Notes under the pieces: model-generated
What the model saw: only the letters and a program-made list of their open reading frames with translations
Database searches by the model: none
Told to the model about the DNA's origin: nothing
In this document: positions 26,676 through 35,230 of the stretch, piece after piece
Layout of the letters: each line of letters starts with the position of its first letter
Position numbering within the stretch: position 1 is the first letter of the stretch
NCBI GenBank assembly: GCA_009844405.1
Contig: VYBO01000043.1
Location: forward strand, 4,927 to 68,926
DNA from: Acidimicrobiaceae bacterium
GTDB lineage: Bacteria > Actinomycetota > Acidimicrobiia > Acidimicrobiales > Aldehydirespiratoraceae
DNA: 64,000 nucleotides
Direction of reading: 5' to 3'
Program-made: the position numbers and the translations under genes

Positions 26676-28454
26676 TTGACACGACATCCGCCCACAGCCG
26701 GGAGTGACCCGGCAGGCGTGCGGGAAGAGGCCGAGCGGTGGCTGGCCGCCGATCCCGACCCCGGGACGCGGGCCGAGCTCCAAGGCCTGCTGGACGGCGA
26801 CCCCGCCGAACTCGAACACCGCTTCTCCGGGCGGCTCGCCTTCGGCACGGCCGGCATCCGGGGTCCGATGGGGGCCGGGCCGAGCCGCATGAACCGCGTC
26901 CTGGTGAGGATGGTGACCCGGGCCCTGACTGAGCGGCTGCTGCAGGACGGAACGCCCGATGGAGCGGTGATCGTCGGGCACGACGCCCGCCACAACAGCA
27001 AGGACTTCGCCACCGACACGGCCCGCGTGCTGGCCGGGCGGGGTATCGGCGTGAGGATGCTGCCACCCGAGCTGCCCACGCCGGTGCTGGCCTTCGCGGT
27101 CAAGAATCTCGACGCTCCGGCCGGGGTGATGGTCACCGCCAGCCACAACCCGCGCTCCGACAACGGCTACAAGGTCTACTGGCGAGGCGGCCGCCTGCTG
27201 GCCGCACCGATCGACGAGGAGGTCGGCCGGATCATCGACCGCACCGCCCCGCCGGCGGAGTCCGACCTGGCCCCCGGCGACGATCCGCTCATCACCACCG
27301 CCGGCGACGAAGCGGTGGAGGCCTACCTGGAGGCGGTGACGGCTCTACTGGCGCCGGGAGGGCCCCGCTCGGTGCGGATGGCCTACACACCGCTTCACGG
27401 CGTGGGCGCCGGCACGTTCCTGCGGGCCGTGGCCAAGGCGGGGTTCGACCCGCCGGCGCTGGTGGCCGACCAGGCCGAACCCGACCCCGAATTCGCCACC
27501 ACACCGTTCCCCAACCCCGAGGAGGCCGGCGCCCTCGACCGGCTGCTGCGGCTGGCCTCCGACACCGGCGCGGACGTGGCCCTGGCCCACGACCCCGACG
27601 CCGACCGGCTGGGGGTGGCTGTGCCCGACGGGGGGCGGTGGCGGCCGCTGACCGGCGACGAGACGGGCTGCCTGCTTGCCGAGCACCTGCTCCGCCGGTC
27701 CGCGCCCGGCGACGGCGGGGGGCTCCGACGTCCGAGGCTGGTCATCAACACGGTCGTGTCGTCGCGCCTGCTGCCCCGCATCGCGGACGGCCACGGCGCG
27801 GACTGGGCCGAGACGCCCACCGGCTTCAAGTGGATCATGAAGGCCCGCTCGCAGCTGCCCGGCCACGAGCTGGTGCTGGGCTACGAGGACGCTCTCGGTT
27901 ACGCGGTGGGCGACGTGGTCCCGGACAAGGACGGCATCGGCGCGGCGCTGGCCATGGCCGAGCTCGTGGCCCACCTCAAGACGGAGGGGCGAGCCCTTCC
28001 CGATCTGCTCGACGACCTCCACCGCCGCCATGGGGTGCACGCCACCGGGCAGCGCTCGGTCCGCTTCGAGGCGGCTCCCGGCGACGAGCCGCCGATGGCC
28101 CGCGCCATGGCTGCGCTGCGGGCCGACCCGCCGACGGAGCTGGCCGGAGCCGCAGTGACCGCGGTGCACGACCTGGCCGGCGGATCGGAGCACCTGCCGC
28201 CCGTGGACGTGGTCGTTCTCGAGCTCTACGGCGCCGAGGCCAGGGTAATCGTCAGGCCGAGCGGGACCGAGCCCAAGATGAAGGTCTACGCCGAGGCGGT
28301 CGTGGCCCCGCCCGCCGGCGCCGGCCGCGCCGACGACGAGTGGCTGCGCTCGGCCCGAGTCGAGGCCCGCACGACGATGGCGGCGGTGCTCGAAGCGGCC
28401 GTCGGCCATGTGGCCAGGCCCGAGTGCCCGCGCGCCGGCCGGGGTCAGCACTGA
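26676..28454 (+). CDS. Phospho-sugar mutase (phosphomannomutase/phosphoglucomutase family)
   Basis: Active-site MVTASHNP and the metal-binding region HDPDADRLGV, with four-domain PGM/PMM architecture. The start is ambiguous (TTG 26676 or GTG 26718). The track start at 26583 lies inside the repeat. Confidence 0.85.
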   Translation: MTRHPPTAGSDPAGVREEAERWLAADPDPGTRAELQGLLDGDPAELEHRFSGRLAFGTAGIRGPMGAGPSRMNRVLVRMVTRALTERLLQDGTPDGAVIVGHDARHNSKDFATDTARVLAGRGIGVRMLPPELPTPVLAFAVKNLDAPAGVMVTASHNPRSDNGYKVYWRGGRLLAAPIDEEVGRIIDRTAPPAESDLAPGDDPLITTAGDEAVEAYLEAVTALLAPGGPRSVRMAYTPLHGVGAGTFLRAVAKAGFDPPALVADQAEPDPEFATTPFPNPEEAGALDRLLRLASDTGADVALAHDPDADRLGVAVPDGGRWRPLTGDETGCLLAEHLLRRSAPGDGGGLRRPRLVINTVVSSRLLPRIADGHGADWAETPTGFKWIMKARSQLPGHELVLGYEDALGYAVGDVVPDKDGIGAALAMAELVAHLKTEGRALPDLLDDLHRRHGVHATGQRSVRFEAAPGDEPPMARAMAALRADPPTELAGAAVTAVHDLAGGSEHLPPVDVVVLELYGAEARVIVRPSGTEPKMKVYAEAVVAPPAGAGRADDEWLRSARVEARTTMAAVLEAAVGHVARPECPRAGRGQH

Positions 28455-28465
28455 CGGCGGGCTGA

Positions 28466-31400
28466 TCACACGGTGAGGGCCTGCCAGCAGACGAGGTGGA
28501 CGTCGGCGGCAGTGATCTCAGGGAGGGGCTCGGGCACCGGCTGGGGCTGCAGGCCCTGCTCGTCGATCACCCGCAGCACGGCCTCGGCCTGCGCGGCGGG
28601 CTGCTCCGCCGGCCTCAGGGCGGCTCGCACCAGGCGGGTGACGCGCTCGGTGTAGGGCGCCTGAAGGCTGTCGATGGCTCGGGCCACGTCGTGCTGGGTC
28701 ATCGACGGCGGAGGATTGGAACGCACGATCTCGGCCGCCTGTCGCAGGGCGGCAGGTATGCGGGGCTCGAGGTTGGCCTTGTCGGCGAAGTGGTTCCAGC
28801 GCGCCACGATGTCGGCGCGGGCCGCCTCCCATGCCGTGAAAGCCGTCTCCAAGGTCGCGTCGTCGAACTGGCGCGGCGTCTCGAACCCGTCGGCGGGCCG
28901 GGCGAGCCACAGGCATTCGAGCGTGTCGCTGCTGACCCGGCCCGATGCGCCCACGAACCTGAACTGCGGGTTCGGGTCGTCGCCCACCCTGGCGCAGAAC
29001 ACATGCCCGGACTCCCCGCCGGGGTGTGCCGCCATCCCCGAGCCGGTGCCCCAGGGCAGGCGCTGCAAGACGCGATGCATGTCGGGATCGTCGACGGCGC
29101 GCCGGAGCTCGGCCCTGAACTCCTCGCCGGACTGTGCGCCGAGATCGGTGCCCCCGCGCTCGAAGATCGCGGCGTCCTCGGCGCGGAGGCGCTCGATCTC
29201 GGCCCGGGTCTGGCTGAAGCTGCGATCGAGGCTGCGCTCCTGGTCGGGTATGACCTCACCGACTCCGATGGAGGCCGCAGCTTGGGCAATCTTGCGGTTC
29301 AGCCGCTCCTCGAGGCCCAGAAGCTCGTCAAGGCGCCTGTCGGGAAACACGCAGCTGATGAACACTTCGCGGTGCCTGGAGCCGATCCGGTCGATGCGAC
29401 CGTGGCGCTGCACGAGCCGCATCGGGTTCCACGGCAGGTCGTAGTTGACGATGTGGCGGGCCTGTTGGAGGTTCACGCCCTCGGCAAGCACGTCGGTGGT
29501 GACGAGAATGTCATAGAGGTCGGGATGGTCGAGCCCCGGCGCCGCGGTGCGGGGGGCGAAGCTCAGCGCCGGATCACGGGCATGCCCCGAGCCGCCGGTG
29601 TGCCAGGCGATCCTGCCTCGGTAGGCGGACAGTCGCTCGTCTCGCACCACGGCATCCTCGAGGAAACCGACGATCCATTCCACCGTGTCGGCGAAGTAGG
29701 TGAACACCAGCACTTTGCGGCGGTCGCGGGTGTCGTCGGCGCCTATGCCGTCGCGCTCGGCCTGCTGGACGACGCCGGCCAACTCATCGGCCAGCGCGGC
29801 CAGAGTGGGATCGTCGGAGCGCGTCACCGTCTGTGCCTGCCGGGCGAAGTCGCTCAGCAGTCGGTGGTCGCGGCGGGCGTGGGCCACCATCTTGCCGACG
29901 TCGAATCCGGCGGCATCCTCCAGATCCTCGTGGTGGGCGTCGAGGTACTTGTCGATCTGTTCCAGGTCGTCGGAGTCGGTGCTCGCCCAGTCGGCTATCG
30001 CGCCGCCGGTGGCGACTCGGCCGTGGAGCTCGGCGAGTTCCGCGAACGCCAGGCAACCCTCGGCCATCCGCCGGCAGGTCTTCGCGAACGCCCACGGGGA
30101 AGACTCGAAGCGCTTGAGCAGGCCCGAACGCAGCAGCCCGGCGAGCTGCAGCTCATATGCGTCCGGGTTGTCGCGGCCGAGCCGGTAGTTGGAGGGCACG
30201 TAGCGCGCCAGGGTCAGCACCGCGTCGTCGGTGTCGGGGGCTGCGTCCGGGTTGAGCGCGGCCGCAAGCCGCTCGAAGAAGCCGGGCAGCACGCCGTCCA
30301 GGTCGTAGGTGACCTTGTGGACTCTCGGGGTCGGGAACACGATCTGGTGGTCCGCGCCGTCGATGCGCACCGTGTCGTTGGCGTAGTGCTTCTTGACGAA
30401 CGAGCGCGTGCGCCGGACGGCCACCGCGTCGAGCACGTCGAACAGGTGCTGGGGTGACAGGTCGTTGGGATCCTGGCGCATGGCCTCCGCGAAGTGGTCG
30501 CGCAGCGAGCGGATCCCGTCAGCGGCGAAGGTGCCGTCGTTGCGCAGGAAGTATCCGAGCAGGTGGTAGAGGTCCCAGAGGCTGTTGTTGACCGGGGTAG
30601 CGGTCAGCAGCACCAGCTTCTTGGGCGGGAGTCCGGCCAGCAGCCTCCGCAGCGACTCGGCCCTCTGGGTGGACGGGTTGCGCAGATTGTGGGCCTCGTC
30701 CACCACGATGAGGGCGTAGTTGTGAAGGTCGGGCCCGAGCGGGCGCGACGGCTGGCGCCCGGCCTCTTCGGCATGTTCGGCCCTCTCGCGGTTGAGTCTC
30801 GGATCGTCGGCGAGCGCGTCGAACGACACCAGGGTCATCGGCAGGTTGTGCTGCTGCCTGAAGGCCTCCCAAGGGCCGTCGCGCAGCGTCGCCGGGCAGA
30901 TGACCAGCACTCGCTGGCGGCGTTCGACGGCGGCTTCCTCGATGAGCTTGCCCGCGAAGTAGGTCTTGCCCAAGCCGACCTCGTCCGCGACGAGCACGCC
31001 GTTGTAGGCGTCGAGCAGCTTTCGGGCGCGCCACAGGCCGTCCTTCTGGAACGAGGTGAGCTCGATCGTCGACCGCGGCAGGGCGGCCTCGTCGTCTTCG
31101 GCCAGTTCGCGGCCGTAGCGCTCCCACAGCATCCGCAGATAGATGAGCTGCGGAGGGTGCGGCTCGAAGCGGGGAGCGAAGATCGAGGCGAGGTCGTAAT
31201 CGGCGGCGGAGCCCCAGAGCCCGTCGAACCATTGGGCCACAGCCGTCACCGTGTGGGGGGTGTAGTTGCCGAGGTTCAGCTCGAGGTTCGTCGAGAGGCC
31301 GGCGCGGGTGAAGTTCGACGACCCCGAGACGACTCCGTGGGAGTGGGTGGCCACCAAGAACGCCTTGCCGTGAAGGAACCTGTCCTCTAGGCGGCGCACC

Positions 31401-31816
31401 TGCACTCGGCCGCTGCGCAGCCAGTCCAGCAGCCGGCGCGCCGTGCTGTCGGCCTCGACGGTGAACCCGAGCAGGTCGCGGTCGGCGGCGAGCGCCTCCT
31501 CGTGGGAGTCGAGCAGGTCGCCGACTCGGCGCAGTTCGGCGCGGTGCGAGTTGGCCGGCTCGCGCTTGAGCGCACGTCGTCGGCTCTCCGGCGGCGCGGG
31601 CTCAGCGCCGAGCAGCAGCCGCACGCCTGACAGCTTGTCGAGCGAGTCTGCGAGCAGCGAGTAGCCACCGACGTTGAAGTAGGCGGTGGCGACGTCGAGC
31701 CGAACGTCGTGGGCGAACCCGTCGGCGGCGTGGCCGATGAACCCGTTGAGTGCATCGGCCACCGTCGCGCCGTGCTGGTTGACAGCCAACTCGGGCTTGG
31801 CCTCCCCGCTACTCAT
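28466..31816 (-). CDS. PLD-family (HKD) nuclease domain fused to SNF2-family helicase
   Basis: N-terminal HGKAFLV...GSSNFTRAG is a single HKD motif. It is followed by SNF2 motifs LVADEVGLGKT, VVDEAHNLRN and LLTATPVNNSL, and a helicase-C region, LAEGVNLQQARHIVNYDLPWNPMRLVQRHGRIDRIG. Confidence 0.85.
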   Translation of the reverse strand: MSSGEAKPELAVNQHGATVADALNGFIGHAADGFAHDVRLDVATAYFNVGGYSLLADSLDKLSGVRLLLGAEPAPPESRRRALKREPANSHRAELRRVGDLLDSHEEALAADRDLLGFTVEADSTARRLLDWLRSGRVQVRRLEDRFLHGKAFLVATHSHGVVSGSSNFTRAGLSTNLELNLGNYTPHTVTAVAQWFDGLWGSAADYDLASIFAPRFEPHPPQLIYLRMLWERYGRELAEDDEAALPRSTIELTSFQKDGLWRARKLLDAYNGVLVADEVGLGKTYFAGKLIEEAAVERRQRVLVICPATLRDGPWEAFRQQHNLPMTLVSFDALADDPRLNRERAEHAEEAGRQPSRPLGPDLHNYALIVVDEAHNLRNPSTQRAESLRRLLAGLPPKKLVLLTATPVNNSLWDLYHLLGYFLRNDGTFAADGIRSLRDHFAEAMRQDPNDLSPQHLFDVLDAVAVRRTRSFVKKHYANDTVRIDGADHQIVFPTPRVHKVTYDLDGVLPGFFERLAAALNPDAAPDTDDAVLTLARYVPSNYRLGRDNPDAYELQLAGLLRSGLLKRFESSPWAFAKTCRRMAEGCLAFAELAELHGRVATGGAIADWASTDSDDLEQIDKYLDAHHEDLEDAAGFDVGKMVAHARRDHRLLSDFARQAQTVTRSDDPTLAALADELAGVVQQAERDGIGADDTRDRRKVLVFTYFADTVEWIVGFLEDAVVRDERLSAYRGRIAWHTGGSGHARDPALSFAPRTAAPGLDHPDLYDILVTTDVLAEGVNLQQARHIVNYDLPWNPMRLVQRHGRIDRIGSRHREVFISCVFPDRRLDELLGLEERLNRKIAQAAASIGVGEVIPDQERSLDRSFSQTRAEIERLRAEDAAIFERGGTDLGAQSGEEFRAELRRAVDDPDMHRVLQRLPWGTGSGMAAHPGGESGHVFCARVGDDPNPQFRFVGASGRVSSDTLECLWLARPADGFETPRQFDDATLETAFTAWEAARADIVARWNHFADKANLEPRIPAALRQAAEIVRSNPPPSMTQHDVARAIDSLQAPYTERVTRLVRAALRPAEQPAAQAEAVLRVIDEQGLQPQPVPEPLPEITAADVHLVCWQALTV

Positions 31817-32498
31817 CGGGCTCGATCACCTGCCAGCGCTGCTCTCTGAGCACACCGGCAGCTATGTCCGGGGACCGCCGCACCGCCGCTCGAAGCTGGC
31901 CGTCTCGAAATCGCTGCCGCGACTCGTTCAGAGCCTTCTCCCACCCAGGCCGCGGCTCCACGAGCCGCTCAAGGATGCAGAACTCGATCAAGTCCTCCAG
32001 ACAAGGGCGGTATCGCCGCCCACCGACGGGGAAGTGCAAGTCATCAGGCTTGTGCTTGGGGCGTCCACATCGCTCCAGCATGTCCTGCACCGCGACTGAC
32101 TCGCCATGGAGATGAAAGTGAGCCTCGGGGTACTCATTCGGAGGATCCCGGGTGTAGTCATAGGTCAAGATCGGCTCTGAATTGGTGGCGTGCATGAGCT
32201 TATAGCTGCTCTTGGTCGTGGTGAGAAACCGCTGCGATTCGTCGAGCGCGAGCGTGTGCAACAGGCGCAACGCCAACAGGGCCGGGGCCTGAGATAGGGT
32301 CAGCGCTACTGGGTCACCGCGTGGCTTCAGTCGGGAAATCTGGTTCCCAATCGCAGCGCGACCGCTTGCCTCCATCAGCACGGACAGGCAGAGACCGTGC
32401 GTGAGGGTGCGATTCAGCGCCTTAGTGAGTTCGCCAGCAAACTCCCGAGCTTGGCGATCGAGGTTAGGCTGGCGACGGCTCGGCGAAGGTCGAGACAA
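31809..32498 (-). CDS. Hypothetical protein, 229 aa, translationally coupled to the helicase
   Basis: The stop overlaps the helicase ATG by 8 nt (GATGAGTAG). No recognisable domain. The start is uncertain (TTG at 32498 or internal). Confidence 0.5.
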   Translation of the reverse strand: MSRPSPSRRQPNLDRQAREFAGELTKALNRTLTHGLCLSVLMEASGRAAIGNQISRLKPRGDPVALTLSQAPALLALRLLHTLALDESQRFLTTTKSSYKLMHATNSEPILTYDYTRDPPNEYPEAHFHLHGESVAVQDMLERCGRPKHKPDDLHFPVGGRRYRPCLEDLIEFCILERLVEPRPGWEKALNESRQRFRDGQLRAAVRRSPDIAAGVLREQRWQVIEPDE

Positions 32499-32673
32499 CG
32501 AACCAGGCCTCGCGGGCCGTCTCGTTCGTAAATCGTCCGGCTCGAGCCTGATCTTGCAGTGCCTCCCAGCTGTAGCCAGCTTCAGCCAACGCGTTGCTGA
32601 TCAGTTCCTCGATCCCCGCCTCGTCGAGGACTTCGACCTCAATGTCGGCGTAGGGATCTTCGTTGGCGCTCAT
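32464..32673 (-). CDS. Small acidic protein, 69 aa, unknown function
   Basis: ATG at 32673 is preceded by a strong GAGGAGGAG Shine-Dalgarno sequence. The protein MSANEDPYADIEVEVLDEAGIEELISNALAEAGY... is highly acidic. The track start at 32748 is less likely. Confidence 0.5.
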   Translation of the reverse strand: MSANEDPYADIEVEVLDEAGIEELISNALAEAGYSWEALQDQARAGRFTNETAREAWFVVSTFAEPSPA

Positions 32674-32935
32674 TGGCTCCTCCTCACTCAAGCCGTAGCG
32701 GCCACCCGGCCTCGGACTGACGTGCATCATCCTATGACGGTGTGACATCGACTGGAGCCAGCCTTCGTCGCACCCAAGCGAACGACACGATTATAGCCGT
32801 TCACGATCTCGGCCTCGCTCAACCTCAAAGTCGTCGTAGAGGTCATCAACGAGATCGGCGTCCTCGCAGGAGTTCATCGCCCCCTCCGCCTCGTTGGTCA
32901 TGGGGGTACGGGGTCGCACTACTTCGCGGCGCACC

Positions 32936-33778
32936 CTAACGGGAGATGGCAGCGGACCAGCGGCGAAAATGAACGAGGACCGCGGCATGGTGCTCGGCGT
33001 AGCGGTCGGGGCGCCTGGCATCGAAGGTGCTGTACAGCACGGCCAGATCGTCCTCGTCGAGGCCATAGAGATGCGCCACGCACGCATCGAGCTCGGCAAT
33101 CAGATCGTCCTTGGCCTTGCGATCGTTGACGGAGCCGACCGGCACTCCTACATTCCTGGCCCAGTCGGCGAAGCGATCGTCCACCGCAGCCAGCCGCCCC
33201 GCAATCTCGACGACGCGGTCGCGAACTGGGTGGCCCTCGCCCGGGTCGGGCACCGGCAGCGCATTGAGGACATGGAAGTTCAGGCTCATCTCGACGGTCC
33301 GCCGGGCACACCAGTCCATAATCATCCAAGCCAACAGCCCAAGCACGAACGCCTCGTCGCGACAACCACCACGGGTTTGGAGGAGGTATGGACCCTTGTT
33401 GGTGATGACGACCCGAGGCGGGATGAGCGCCGCGACGATGGTACGGGTGTTGGTCGGGTTAGTCACGTCTCGGAAGGCGATGCGCGGATTGCGACACGGC
33501 AGGGTCGCTGGGTCAAGGAGAACCGGCTGGCGTAGTTCAGCGAAGGCTGACCGGACAGTCCGGCTTTGCGACTGGCGCTTCTGCTGAAGGTTAGCCGTGA
33601 TGCTCACAGCATCAGCGCTGTCATAGAAGTCGCCGGTGTCGGGCTGCCAGAGGTTGAAGCTCTTGCCCGCGTAGACGGGCCAGACATCGCCAGTCCTCGG
33701 CTCGGACGGTTTGCTGTCATCGCTGCTGGGCCTCCCTGAGTTGCCGGTAGATCGCGAGGACCTCGTCCCGGCGGTCAT
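32936..33778 (-). CDS. Methyltransferase C-terminal cassette, paralog 2 (possibly non-functional: no start adjacent to conserved WPVY)
   Basis: ...VWPVYAGKSFNLWQPDTG...RIAFRDVTNPTNTRTIVAALIPP...LDACVAHLYGLDEDD is about 60-65% identical to the ORF at 33717..34478. The nearest in-frame ATGs are at 33778 and 33862, both overlapping the paralog-1 3' end. Confidence 0.5.
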   Translation of the reverse strand: MTAGTRSSRSTGNSGRPSSDDSKPSEPRTGDVWPVYAGKSFNLWQPDTGDFYDSADAVSITANLQQKRQSQSRTVRSAFAELRQPVLLDPATLPCRNPRIAFRDVTNPTNTRTIVAALIPPRVVITNKGPYLLQTRGGCRDEAFVLGLLAWMIMDWCARRTVEMSLNFHVLNALPVPDPGEGHPVRDRVVEIAGRLAAVDDRFADWARNVGVPVGSVNDRKAKDDLIAELDACVAHLYGLDEDDLAVLYSTFDARRPDRYAEHHAAVLVHFRRWSAAISR

Positions 33779-34478
33779 CCCACTGCCCCGGACGCCCGAA
33801 GGTGTCGTACACGACGGCGATGTCGTCCTCGTCGAGGCCGTAGAGGTATGCCACGCACGCATCGAGCTCGCACAGGGCCTCTACCCCCCCCCCGGTCGAT
33901 GTCGGGCCAGCTACTGCGCCCACGGGCACACCGACCTCGGCGGCCCAGCCCTCCAATCGCTCGTCGCGCGCGGCGAGGCCTCCCGCCAGTTCGATGATCC
34001 GGTCACGCACCGAATGGCCCTCTCCCGGATCAGGTATTGCCAGAAGATTCAGTTGATGAAAGTTGAGGTGGAGCTCGAGCGTCCGACGCGCTTGCCAATC
34101 GCAAGGCATCGAGCACAGCACTCCCAGCACGTATGCCTCATCCCTAGCGGATCCCGCTAGTCGAAGCAGGTAGGGGGCCTGGTTCGCCACGACGCGATCC
34201 GGCGGGATGAGAGCGGCCACGATCGTGCGGGTGTTGGTCGGGTTGGTCACGTCGCGGAACGCGATCCGGGCTTGGCGGCAGGGTAGCGTTGCTGAGTCAC
34301 GCAGTACCGTCTCGGGCAACTCCGCGAACGCCGACGATTTCGTACCGCTTTGCGATTGGCGCCTGTGCTGAAGGTGCTCTGTGATGGTCGCGGCGTCGAC
34401 GCTGTCGTAGTAGACGCCCGTGTCGGGCTCCCACAGGTTGAACGACGTGCCCTTGTACACCGGCCAAACCCGGCTCAT
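33717..34478 (-). CDS. Methyltransferase C-terminal cassette, paralog 1 (split off or translationally coupled)
   Basis: MSRVWPVYKGTSFNLWEPDTG...RIAFRDVTNPTNTRTIVAALIPP...LDACVAYLYGLDEDD. The ATG at 34478 sits in an ATGA overlap with the third-frame stop of the upstream methyltransferase reading. It contains a G10 tract. Confidence 0.6.
   Translation of the reverse strand: MSRVWPVYKGTSFNLWEPDTGVYYDSVDAATITEHLQHRRQSQSGTKSSAFAELPETVLRDSATLPCRQARIAFRDVTNPTNTRTIVAALIPPDRVVANQAPYLLRLAGSARDEAYVLGVLCSMPCDWQARRTLELHLNFHQLNLLAIPDPGEGHSVRDRIIELAGGLAARDERLEGWAAEVGVPVGAVAGPTSTGGGVEALCELDACVAYLYGLDEDDIAVVYDTFGRPGQWDDRRDEVLAIYRQLREAQQR
33884..33893 (-). repeat. Homopolymer C10 (G10 in gene sense) inside cassette paralog 1
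   Basis: cta + 10 c + ggtcgat, read directly. It encodes the GGG of ...PTSTGGGVEAL. Confidence 0.98.
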
Positions 34479-34503
34479 CGCTCAGTCTCCGCGCTGGAAG
34501 CCG

Positions 34504-34715
34504 CCGCGCCGTCGTCGTTCATGAACCTGTCCCGGTCGCCGGTGGCGTCGAGTTCGCGGACCGGGCGGAAGCGCCATCGTCGTTCACGAAGAGGCTCCGG
34601 TCGTGGGTCGCGTGGAGCTCTGCGACTGCTCGGAAGCGCCACGTCCGTCGTCCCGGAAGAACCGGTGGCGGTCGGTCGTTGCGTTGAGATCGCCTTGGAC
34701 CGGCCGGAATCTCCA
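34504..34715 (-). repeat. Three diverged tandem units (74, 65, 73 nt) each encoding the WRFR..EL.AT.DR..F..DDG motif in a different reading frame
   Basis: Units lie at 34715-34642, 34641-34577 and 34576-34504 in gene sense. Manual three-frame translation is given in the findings. Confidence 0.85.
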
Positions 34716-34724
34716 TCTCCGACG

Positions 34725-34735
34725 CCCCCCCCCCC
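34725..34735 (-). repeat. Homopolymer C11 (G11 in gene sense) inside the methyltransferase
   Basis: gacg + 11 c + gcagg, read directly from the sequence. Confidence 0.98.
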
Positions 34736-35206
34736 GCAGGCGCGTCGCGCTCATCGAGGTCGCTGCCGTCGAATCTTGGATGCTGCTTCATCTTGCGCCA
34801 GACTCGGAACGCGGCCCGGTTCGGCACCTGCGGGAAGGCGGCCGACTTCGACCAACTTCGGAACTCGGACACCGGCACCAGCTCCGGGCCAGCCTCAAGC
34901 ACTTCCCGATAGTGGACCTGCGAGGATGCTGGACCGGGATAGATGGCTACAAGCGGCTCCGAGGCTTCCGCTTCAAGGCCACCCCCTGGGATTGGTTCGG
35001 GCGTTGGCAGTGCAGATCGCGATGAGGGCAGTTGTGTACCGTCCGTCCAAGCCGTCGAAGGCCCATTGCCCTGTGTTGAGGCAGGTAGCGGCCGAGATGA
35101 CCGCGCGTGAGTGAGCAGCGCCACTGTGTAAGCGTTGTGGACTTCCTCGAAGACCCACCCCTTCTGATTGATGAGCGTGAGCACCGACACCTTGGGCTTT
35201 GCTTGC

Positions 35207-35230
35207 AGAGAGAGAGAGAGAGAGAGAGAG
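35207..35230 (-). repeat. (AG)12 on plus strand = (CT)12 in gene sense, inside the methyltransferase
   Basis: Read directly: gcttgc(ag)x12 atttattcgg. It is translated as SLSLSLSL in the track ORF. Confidence 0.98.

Noticed and set aside
28496-30457. 653-aa plus-strand ORF opposite the SNF2 helicase; similarly 35547..38030 (827 aa) opposite the methyltransferase.
   Set aside because: These are antisense to genes with unambiguous helicase and methyltransferase motifs. Their translations are low-complexity.
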